Below, in pieces: positions 21,690 to 28,437 of a DNA stretch of 64,000 nt (positions are counted from its first letter, which is position 1; every line of letters starts with the position of its first letter). The stretch spans positions 17,762 to 81,761 of the forward strand of contig CAVBBF010000002.1 in assembly GCA_963593735.1 (NCBI GenBank), given 5' to 3'. The translations under genes and the position numbers were made by a program. The stretch comes from Phascolarctobacterium succinatutens (GTDB taxonomy: Bacteria > Bacillota > Clostridia > Christensenellales > CAG-917). The notes beneath the pieces are model-generated. The model did no database searches. It had not been told where the DNA came from and was given only the letters and a program-made list of their open reading frames with translations.

Positions 21690-22127
21690 TTATTTATTTG
21701 CGTTTTGAGAGCGCAAAAATGCAAGTTTGTGTTTTATCGCGGCAAGACATTCGTCGGGGTTTTGCAAGTCTTTTACCGCTTCTTCCATCGGACAACTTCC
21801 CGTGCCTTGCCTATTAACAATCACGTCTGCGAGAATGCCGTATTCGGCGTAAAGCCCGTTTAATCTAAGATAATCATAAGCGGTTTTTGACATAACGTTT
21901 GCGTACACGGCGGCGATTCCGCTTTTGACGAACATCGAGGCAACCGCCTTACCGACGATTACGTCGGCGGCGCAAAAGCCTCTCAAATCGACGTTGTCGT
22001 CGATATAACCCACCATAGGAAAAACCCCGCGTTTGTCGGAGAGAAACAAAATTTCGTCCTTGCAGAGCGCAAGAGTATGCCCTGCGAGATTGTTCTTTGC
22101 TTTTTGTAAATCTGTTGCGTTATACAT
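21690..22127 (-). CDS. DUF1893 (TM1506-like) domain protein
   Basis: 145 aa. The segments ...ADVIVGKAVASMFV...NRQGTGSCPMEEAV resemble the TM1506 family as I remember it. Confidence 0.6.
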   Translation of the reverse strand: MYNATDLQKAKNNLAGHTLALCKDEILFLSDKRGVFPMVGYIDDNVDLRGFCAADVIVGKAVASMFVKSGIAAVYANVMSKTAYDYLRLNGLYAEYGILADVIVNRQGTGSCPMEEAVKDLQNPDECLAAIKHKLAFLRSQNANK

Positions 22128-22254
22128 ATCGAAAAAGCCTCGAATTGCATTGCGTGTTAGTGTCTGTCGTCAACAATAAAGCGCCGACAACGGACAAAAG
22201 ATTTTTTGTAAATTTATCGGTCGATAGGTCAACCGTTTAGCCGTTCAACAATTG

Positions 22255-22845
22255 TCACTCGCCTGACTCGTCTTTGCTTTTGAGGATGAGCGAGCGAAGC
22301 GCGATGACGATTGCAGGTACGAGCAACGCTTGCGCGATAAGTCCTATAAAACCGCTTTGAATTTGCGACCATACAAGCGCGGGCGTCAAAGCGGTTACGT
22401 TTTGAAGCGCAACCACGCAAAGCATAAACACGCCCCTACCGCAAACTTCCGCAATCAAGACCGCAGGAAACGCCGCAAGAGCGTTCTTTGCAATGCATTT
22501 CGAGAACAAGCCCGAAACGCCGCCGAAAACCGCCAACTCGACAACCATAAACGGAAGTCTTGCAAGCATAGGCATAGGCGAAGAAAACGCGGACGTAACG
22601 AGGAAACTCGCAACGGGTGAAAGCATACCGATTGCAACGCCGTACTTTGCGCCGAGAATACAGCCTGCGATAAGCACCGGTAAATACATCGGAAGCCAAG
22701 TCATACCGCCTGCCGCGCCGACGATTATGTGAACGAATTGCGGCAGCGCGACCGCAAGCGCAATGAGCGCAAAACCTATTGAAGATTTGACGGTAATTTT
22801 TGCCGAAAGACTCAAATTTTTGCTGTTTAGAATATTGTCAATCAT
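22255..22845 (-). CDS. ECF-transporter S-component-like integral membrane protein
   Basis: 196 aa with about 6 predicted hydrophobic helices and an S-component-like sequence (LPQFVHIIVGAAGGMTWLPMYLPVLIAG). No adjacent ECF A/T genes. Substrate unknown. Confidence 0.5.
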   Translation of the reverse strand: MIDNILNSKNLSLSAKITVKSSIGFALIALAVALPQFVHIIVGAAGGMTWLPMYLPVLIAGCILGAKYGVAIGMLSPVASFLVTSAFSSPMPMLARLPFMVVELAVFGGVSGLFSKCIAKNALAAFPAVLIAEVCGRGVFMLCVVALQNVTALTPALVWSQIQSGFIGLIAQALLVPAIVIALRSLILKSKDESGE

Positions 22846-22857
22846 AATCGCACCTCT

Positions 22858-23976
22858 TTATTGTTTGTCAAACGTTTGCGAAACGGTTTGAAGAAGATCT
22901 CTTATTTTGAGATGTTGCGGACATATTTTTTCGCATTTGCCGCACTTTATGCAGTCTGAGGCTTTGCCGTGACCTTTGGTGTAAACCTCGTTGTAGTACC
23001 AGTCCGAGTTCCAGTCCTTGTACGCATTCTTTGCATTGAGGCAAGAGAATAAATCGGGAATAAGGATATGTTTGGGGCAACCGTCGGTGCAGTATCTGCA
23101 TGCGGTGCAAGGCACAAGATGAATAGATCTGAACACGTCGCAAACCTTTTTTACCGCCTCTTGCTCGGTTTGGTCGAGCGGAACGAAGTCTTTCATAAAG
23201 GAAATATTGTCTTTCATTTGTTCCATATTGCTCATACCCGAAAGCACCATAAACACGTTGTCGAAGCCTGCGGCAAAACGGATTGCGTAACTTGCGGGAC
23301 TACCGTCGTGCAAATCGTCGAGAATCTTCTTTGCGTCCAAAGGCAAATTGACGAGGTTTCCGCCCTTTACGGGTTCCATAACCACAACGGGTTTGTTGTG
23401 TTTTACGCAAACCTCATAGCATTTGCGACTTTGAACGGCAACGTCGTCGAAATCGACGTAGTTGAGTTGGATTTGCACAAATTCGACGGCGGGATATTCG
23501 TTGAGAATCTCGTCGAGAACGTCCGCTTTGTCGTGAAAAGACAAGCCGACATGTCTGATTTTACCCTCTTTTTTGAGTTCGAACGCGGTTTCGTACGCTC
23601 TGCAACGCTTGAATTTTTCAAAAATCTCTTTGGATTGCGCGTGCATAAGGTAGAAATCGAAATACTCAACGCCGAGTATTTTGAGTTGGCTCTCGAAGAA
23701 CGGGCGAATGTCCTCTTGCTTTGAAAAGAAAGACGTTGTGAGTTTGTCGGCAAGCAGATATTCGCCTCTGTCGTGACGTTTCACGAGGCAGTTTGCAAGC
23801 GCGATTTCGCTTTTTCCGCCGAGATAGCCGTGCGCGGTGTCGAAATAGTTGAAACCGTTGTCGATGAAGTAGTCAACCATTTGCGAAGTTTGCGCTTCGT
23901 CAACTTCTTCGCCTATCATAGGCAAGCGCATACAGCCGAATCCGAAATTCTTTTTGACGTTATCGAAAAATTTCAT
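22858..23976 (-). CDS. Aldo/keto reductase with C-terminal 4Fe-4S ferredoxin domain
   Basis: I place the start at ATG 23976 (RBS GAGGTG). The track ORF extends to 24045. AKR core (FGCMRLP...DTAHGY) plus two Cys clusters (CTACRYCTDGCP, CIKCGKCEKICP). Confidence 0.8.
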   Translation of the reverse strand: MKFFDNVKKNFGFGCMRLPMIGEEVDEAQTSQMVDYFIDNGFNYFDTAHGYLGGKSEIALANCLVKRHDRGEYLLADKLTTSFFSKQEDIRPFFESQLKILGVEYFDFYLMHAQSKEIFEKFKRCRAYETAFELKKEGKIRHVGLSFHDKADVLDEILNEYPAVEFVQIQLNYVDFDDVAVQSRKCYEVCVKHNKPVVVMEPVKGGNLVNLPLDAKKILDDLHDGSPASYAIRFAAGFDNVFMVLSGMSNMEQMKDNISFMKDFVPLDQTEQEAVKKVCDVFRSIHLVPCTACRYCTDGCPKHILIPDLFSCLNAKNAYKDWNSDWYYNEVYTKGHGKASDCIKCGKCEKICPQHLKIRDLLQTVSQTFDKQ

Positions 23977-24075
23977 ATTCACCTCTCTACGTTTTATTGT
24001 CACGTCGATTTGCAAATATGGCGGATTCGAAAAAATCGATTGCAATTTGCAAAAGCCGTGCTACAATGTACTTAC

Positions 24076-24106
24076 ATACTAAAACTTAAAGTCAACTTTA
24101 AGTCAA
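24076..24106 (-). promoter_or_regulatory. MerR-type promoter/operator of the AKR operon
   Basis: On the minus strand, TTGACT (24106-24101), a 19-nt spacer, then TAGTAT (24081-24076). The spacer carries the perfect dyad ACTTAAAGT-CA-ACTTTAAGT (24084-24103). The MerR gene is divergent. Confidence 0.7.
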
Positions 24107-24160
24107 GCAAAATTTTTAATCTTTTGCAAAAAAATATACAACTCGAAAGGAAAAACATCT

Positions 24161-24601
24161 ATGCCCTACACAATCGGCGAAATGGCAAAACAACTCGACC
24201 TTGCGCCCTCAACGCTCAGATACTACGAAAAAGAAGGACTTTTGCCCTTTGTCGAGCGCACGGACGGCGGCATACGCTCCTTCAAAGAGGAGGACGTAGC
24301 GTGGCTCAAAACAATAGAGTGTCTCAAAAAAACGGGCATGTCCATAAAGGATATAAAACAGTTTATCGACTGGTGCATCGAGGGCGATTCAACAATAAAC
24401 AAGCGCCTCGCACTCATCAAAAAGCAAAAAGACGAGGTAAATTCGCAAATCGAGAAACTCAACGGCACGTTGGATATGCTCGACTACAAGCAATGGTATT
24501 ACGAAACGGCAAAGGCAGCGGGAACGTGCGCCGTGCATACTACCTTGAAACAGTCCGAAGTCCCCGAAAAATTCTTGAAATACCGCAAAAAATCCGACTG
24601 A
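24161..24601 (+). CDS. MerR family transcriptional regulator
   Basis: 146 aa with an N-terminal HTH (YTIGEMAKQLDLAPSTLRYYEKEGLL) and a coiled-coil dimerisation helix. Confidence 0.85.
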   Translation: MPYTIGEMAKQLDLAPSTLRYYEKEGLLPFVERTDGGIRSFKEEDVAWLKTIECLKKTGMSIKDIKQFIDWCIEGDSTINKRLALIKKQKDEVNSQIEKLNGTLDMLDYKQWYYETAKAAGTCAVHTTLKQSEVPEKFLKYRKKSD

Positions 24602-24650
24602 TTTTTAACAAAAGAAGCAAAAAAAATCGGCAAACCTACAATAACCATAT

Positions 24651-24677
24651 AAAAAACGTCTCGCTTGAGACGTTTTC
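24651..24677. terminator. Bidirectional intrinsic terminator
   Basis: AAAAA-ACGTCTC-GCTT-GAGACGT-TTT, lying between the convergent merR and membrane-protein genes. Confidence 0.7.
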
Positions 24678-24732
24678 ATTTCATTATTTGCATTGCCGCT
24701 TTCTTCACTTGCAGACGGAACTTATTATCGGA

Positions 24733-25317
24733 TCAGATTTCGCTGTTGTCGTCGCTACCATTGTTGCCGTCAGCAAAGAACGATATGTTTTCTTGATCGG
24801 CAGGTTCGGAATTTATATCCTTGATTGCAAGAGTTTTTAGCACGCCGCTCACACATCTAAAAACGGCAATAGCCAAAATGACAAACGCACCGATCAAAAG
24901 CGTCGGATCCGTTCCGCTCTGCACAAAATCGAATATCGCCCCGATGAGGAAGATGCCGGTTGCGGCATAGTTGAAGCCTTGCGCGATTTTGAGTTGGCGC
25001 AACGATTGCTTGATGCTCTGCGCGTCTTTGTTGACGGATTTGAGGGAAATCACAGTGCCGACAAGCGAGAAAATGACCGCACACAAGCATATTATACCGA
25101 GCAAAATTGCAAGTATGCCGAAAAGGCTCGTCGCAAATGCGCGCGCAACGTCGGCGGTTGCGCCTTCAATCGTGCCGTCACCCTCCGTCGGGTCGGCGTT
25201 TAACAAAAGCACCCCCGTGACGAAACACGCAATTGCAAGCCCGACATATGCAACCGTGCTTAGCAAATCCAACACGCCCGACGCTATAATCTTTGGTCTC
25301 GATTTCGAATATTTCAT
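24733..25317 (-). CDS. Hypothetical integral membrane protein
   Basis: 194 aa with 4-5 hydrophobic segments and an acidic C-terminal tail (EPADQENISFFADGNNGSDDNSEI). I recognise no family. Confidence 0.5.
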   Translation of the reverse strand: MKYSKSRPKIIASGVLDLLSTVAYVGLAIACFVTGVLLLNADPTEGDGTIEGATADVARAFATSLFGILAILLGIICLCAVIFSLVGTVISLKSVNKDAQSIKQSLRQLKIAQGFNYAATGIFLIGAIFDFVQSGTDPTLLIGAFVILAIAVFRCVSGVLKTLAIKDINSEPADQENISFFADGNNGSDDNSEI

Positions 25318-25513
25318 ACAAACCTCTTGACTATCGAATATTTTATAAAATTATTATATCATCTTCTTTACGCATTGTAAATAAATAAAAATCTACGTCG
25401 TTTTAGTACGCTTGCAATACTTTAACCGCAATTTCAGCATAGATTTCTTGATTAAAATATGTGACACTTTATGTGACAGAATACAGCGGAAACGGGCGGA
25501 AAATCAAACACAT

Positions 25514-25544
25514 AAAAAAACAAAAACCCCACTAAACAGTAGGG
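25514..25544 (-). terminator. Intrinsic terminator closing the tRNA-Ser/repeat unit
   Basis: On the minus strand, a CCCTACT-GTTT-AGTGGGG hairpin (one mismatch) followed by TTTTTGTTTTTTT. Confidence 0.6.
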
Positions 25545-25561
25545 TTTTTGCACTTTGTTGC

Positions 25562-26352
25562 GGAGAAGATGTAAGTCGTTGCTATGCAACAAACATCTCT
25601 TTGCTCCGCAGGTCACCTGCCAGCGTAGACAATCCTGCAATGCTTCGCATTTTTACTTTTTCTTATGCTCGCAAACTCGTGCAAGCACGGTTGCGGACAG
25701 AAGAAGATGTAAGTCGTTGCCTTGCAACGAACATCTCCTTGCGCCGCAGGCTAAGAAGAGATTCGCCAATCAGCGAAGCGTGTGTGCTTGCACACATAGC
25801 GGAGCGTGCAACGAAGAGTTCGGCAACACAGTTGCCAACGGCATGAGAAATGCCGTTGAATCTCTCTTCTCCTTCTCTGCTTTTTGAAGAAGATGTAAGT
25901 CGTTGCTTTGCAACGAACATCTCTTTGCTCCGCAGGTCTCCTGCCGTCGTAGACAATCCTGCAATGCTACGCATTTTTGCTTTTCTTATGCTCGCAAACT
26001 CGTGCAAGCACGGTTGCGGCCAGAAGAAGATGTAAGTCGTTGCCTTGCAACGAACATCTCCTTGCGCCGCAGGCTAAGAAGAGATTCGCCAATCAGCGAA
26101 GCGTGTGTGCTTGCACACATAGCGGAGCGTGCAACGAAGAGTTCGGCAACACAGTTGCCAACGGCATGAGAAATGCCGTTGAATCTCTCTTCTCCTTCTC
26201 TGCTTTTTGAAGAAGATGTAAGTCGTTGCTTTGCAACGAACATCTCTTTGCTCCGCAGGTCTCCTGCCAGCGTAGACAATCCTGCAATGCTTCGCATTTT
26301 TGCTTTTTCTTATGCTCGCAAACTCGTGCAAGCACGGTTGCGGACAGAAGAA
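25562..26352 (-). repeat. Tandem composite repeat A1-B1-A2-B2-A3 (323-bp period), candidate structured-RNA array
   Basis: A units are about 132 nt (25562-25693, 25886-26016, 26209-26340) and differ at a few positions. The B units 25699-25885 and 26022-26208 read identical over 187 nt. Core hairpins lie at 25562-25612, 25700-25750, 25886-25936, 26023-26073 and 26209-26259. Strand was inferred from G-U pairs. Confidence 0.75.
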
Positions 26353-26382
26353 AAAGCAACCCTACGGGTTTCGCAGGATTGC
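26346..26382 (-). terminator. Hairpin plus U-tract immediately after tRNA-Ser
   Basis: On the minus strand, GCAATCCTGCG-AAACC-CGTAGGGTTGC followed by TTTTTCTTCT. It contains two G-U pairs that would be A-C mismatches on the plus strand. Confidence 0.6.
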
Positions 26383-26389
26383 CTTTCGG

Positions 26390-26482
26390 TGGCGGAGAAG
26401 AAGAGATTCGAACTCTTGAACCGCTTTTGACGGTTACGCGATTTCCAGTCGCGCGCCCTCGACCAAACTAGGCGACTTCTCC
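26390..26482 (-). tRNA. tRNA-Ser (anticodon GGA), class II with long variable arm, CCA encoded
   Basis: Folded by hand from the reverse complement. Acceptor stem GGAGAAG/CTTCTCC; D stem GCC/GGC. Anticodon stem CGCGA/TCGCG with loop CTGGAAA. Variable arm AACCG-TCAAAAG-CGGTT; T arm AAGAG-TTCGAAT-CTCTT. Discriminator G followed by CCA. Confidence 0.9.
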
Positions 26483-26488
26483 GTTTTT

Positions 26489-26538
26489 TGGTGGGAAGTC
26501 GAGGTTTGGTACGCAGTACCATTAAACACGACTTCTCC
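26489..26538 (-). ncRNA. tRNA-like minihelix / pseudo-tRNA fragment in the tRNA-Ser leader
   Basis: Minus strand: GGAGAAGTCGTGTTTAATGGTACTGCGTACCAAACCTCGACTTCCCACCA. The first 10 nt are identical to the tRNA-Ser 5' end. The 5' arm GG(A)GAAGTCG pairs with the 3' arm CGACTTCC, with one bulged A. There is an inner hairpin GGTAC-TGC-GTACC and a 3' ACCA. It does not fold as a cloverleaf. Confidence 0.3.
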
Positions 26539-26575
26539 ATAAGTTATATTTAATTATTTTAGTTGCTATACAAGT

Positions 26576-26643
26576 GGGTGGCAGTTGGAAGCGAATGGAA
26601 AACAAAACCATTTCCTCCAACTGTTCACGGGGTACTGCTACCC
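26576..26643. other. Long imperfect hairpin in the tRNA-Ser leader
   Basis: The outer arms GGGTGGCAG (26576-26584) and CTGCTACCC (26635-26643) enclose the hairpin TTGGAAGCGAATGG-AAAACAAAA-CCATTTCCTCCAA. The strand of function is ambiguous because the wobble evidence is mixed. Confidence 0.4.
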
Positions 26644-26661
26644 TCAAAACCCAACGTGACG

Positions 26662-26690
26662 ATTATATATCAACAAAGCGATTTTGACAA
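26662..26690 (-). promoter_or_regulatory. Near-consensus sigma-A promoter of the tRNA-Ser unit
   Basis: On the minus strand, TTGTCA (26690-26685), a 17-nt spacer, then TATAAT (26667-26662). Confidence 0.6.
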
Positions 26691-26826
26691 GTGGTTGAGC
26701 GATTTTATTTCACATTTCTTTGATTTTGTTGAGGGCGGCGATTTCGCGCGAGCGAGCGTTTTGAGGTTTGTGCGTGAACACGAATATATGGTGTTCAACA
26801 TCCAATAATTAATTTAGAAATAAATA

Positions 26827-26855
26827 TTTACAAATTCTCATTTGTATGGTATTAT
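26827..26855 (+). promoter_or_regulatory. Candidate promoter of the CNNM/CorC gene
   Basis: TTTACA, a 17-nt spacer, then TATTAT, with a TGn extended -10 element. Followed by RBS TAGGAG. Confidence 0.55.
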
Positions 26856-26882
26856 CGTAACATCAAATTTTTAGGAGTAAAT

Positions 26883-28244
26883 ATGGGCAATCTACTTGGC
26901 GCAACCGCCGACCCTGACCCTCTCAGTACCATTTTATCGTCAATTTTTATAGTTGTTCTTATTTTGTTTTCGGGATTTTTCTCGGCAACGGAAACCGCAT
27001 TCAGTTCGGTCAACAGGACAAAACTCAAATTGAAGGCGCAAGACGGCAACAAAGCCGCGCAAAATGCGATGTATCTTCTTGACAAATTCGACAAACTGCT
27101 CTCGACGATACTTGTGGGAAACAACCTTGTCAACATCACTTTGTCAATCCTTTTCAACAATATATTTGAAAATGTTATAACCGATGCGGCGGTCAGCGGC
27201 GTTGTGTCGGTCGCCGTGTCGACAATCATTGTCCTGACTTTCGGTGAAATCACGCCGAAGATGGTCGCGAAGGAGAACTCCGAGCGAATTTGTCTTGCGT
27301 TTGGCTATCCTATCCGCGCGATAATGGTGCTTCTCTACCCGATCACCATTATATTTGCCGGCTTGAAATTATTGCTCAAAAAGATATTCAAATCCCACGA
27401 CGACGACAAGATAACCGAAGAGGAACTGCTCTCTATGGTGGAAGAGGCGCAAGAAGACGGAGCGCTTGACTCGCAAGAGAGAGAACTCATATCCAGCGCA
27501 ATCGAGTTTGACGACTGCGAAGTTGCCGACATCCTCGTGCCAAGAGTCAACGTCATAGCCGTGCCGACAAATATGGCAATGGAAAAAATCAAATCCATGT
27601 TCCTCGAATACAACTATTCGCGCTTGCCGGTGTACAAGGATTCTATCGATCAAATCGTCGGCATGATTCACAACATAGACTTCTTCACCGCCCTCGAAAA
27701 AGGCGACAAAAGTATAAAGAACTACATCACGCCCGTTGCGGTCGCCACCGAGCATATGAAAATATCCGCATTGCTCAAAAGTATGCAACGCCAAAAAGTG
27801 CATATGGCGGTTGTCGTCGACGAGTACGGCGGTACACTTGGCATAGTCACCCTCGAAGACATACTCGAAGAACTCGTGGGCGAGATTTGGGACGAACACG
27901 ACGAGGTGGTCAACTACGTCACCAAAGTGGACGATGAAAACTATCTCGTAGACGGTCGCGCGGAGCTAGACGATTTCTTCAAGGAATTTAACGTGGACGA
28001 GGACGAAACCGAAAACTTCGATTCGCAAACAGTCAGCGGCTGGGTCATCGAGCAGTTCGGCGAGATTCCCAAAAAATCGCAATCTTTCGATTTCAAGAAT
28101 CTGACCGTTGTCGTAAACAAACTCACCGCACGCAAAATCATAGAAATAAAAGTGCATATCAATCCTGTGTCCGACGACGAAAACGAACAAGAACAAAAGT
28201 TCAAACTCTTCGACAAGCACGACAAAGACGAGAATACAGACTGA
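26883..28244 (+). CDS. CNNM/HlyC/CorC family transporter (DUF21 + CBS pair + CorC_HlyC)
   Basis: 453 aa with an N-terminal 4-TM DUF21 domain ([12 protein letters not shown]), a CBS pair and the C-terminal transporter-associated domain ([13 protein letters not shown]). Confidence 0.85.
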   Translation: MGNLLGATADPDPLSTILSSIFIVVLILFSGFFSATETAFSSVNRTKLKLKAQDGNKAAQNAMYLLDKFDKLLSTILVGNNLVNITLSILFNNIFENVITDAAVSGVVSVAVSTIIVLTFGEITPKMVAKENSERICLAFGYPIRAIMVLLYPITIIFAGLKLLLKKIFKSHDDDKITEEELLSMVEEAQEDGALDSQERELISSAIEFDDCEVADILVPRVNVIAVPTNMAMEKIKSMFLEYNYSRLPVYKDSIDQIVGMIHNIDFFTALEKGDKSIKNYITPVAVATEHMKISALLKSMQRQKVHMAVVVDEYGGTLGIVTLEDILEELVGEIWDEHDEVVNYVTKVDDENYLVDGRAELDDFFKEFNVDEDETENFDSQTVSGWVIEQFGEIPKKSQSFDFKNLTVVVNKLTARKIIEIKVHINPVSDDENEQEQKFKLFDKHDKDENTD

Positions 28245-28273
28245 TTCTTCGATTTTATCTCGGATTGTAACGC

Positions 28274-28300
28274 AAAAGGCAACTCGTCGAGTTGCCTTTT
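28274..28300. terminator. Intrinsic terminator after the CNNM gene
   Basis: AAAA-GGCAACTC-GTC-GAGTTGCC-TTTT. Confidence 0.75.
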
Positions 28301-28437
28301 ATGTTGCTTTTGGCGTTTTATTTGCCGCCTTAAATATTTACAGTCTTAAAATTTACTGCCGTGTAACGTCACGTCTGTTTCGCAGCGAAACATCACTTCC
28401 GCTTTGAAAAACAAAACGGATTTTGTTAGATTTACAT

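Noticed and set aside
25663-26297. Two near-identical tandem ORFs on the minus strand inside the repeat array (114 aa at 25663-26007 and 103 aa at 25986-26297, ...RSKEMFVAKQRLTSSSKSREGEERFNG...). They could be read as a duplicated small-protein gene.
   Set aside because: There is no convincing RBS at either listed start (AAGAAAAAGCAAAA before the ATG). The composition is Arg/Ser/Ala-rich as in spurious frames. The plus strand and other frames are equally open here. The ORFs run straight through perfect palindromes. The inter-copy substitutions fit RNA stems and loops better than codon constraint. The coding reading is not fully excluded: an internal ATG is preceded by GGAG at 7 nt, so Ribo-seq would settle it.
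25562-26352. CRISPR array interpretation of the five regularly spaced conserved hairpins.
   Set aside because: The sequences between the conserved cores are themselves repeated: three A-type and two identical B-type. Spacings of 138 and 186 bp are far larger than CRISPR units, and no cas genes occur in the window.
26390-26482. tRNA-Ser as the attachment site of an integrated island.
   Set aside because: There is no integrase, recombinase or phage gene on either side. There is no distal same-orientation duplicate of the tRNA 3' end. The tRNA-derived fragments are only 10-15 nt long and lie inside the local repeat and leader.
26563-26808. 81-aa plus-strand ORF (TTG start) between the tRNA and the CNNM gene.
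   Set aside because: No RBS. It overlaps the hairpin and the divergent promoter, and the sequence is not protein-like.
26540-26882. T-box or M-box (Mg) riboswitch upstream of the CNNM/CorC transporter. The prompt was GGGTGGCAG at 26576, which resembles the T-box GGGTGGTACC.
   Set aside because: The match is limited to GGGTGG. No specifier loop, AG bulge or antiterminator/terminator pair exists. The candidate CNNM promoter (26827-26855) lies downstream of the hairpin. I could not find M-box conserved blocks.
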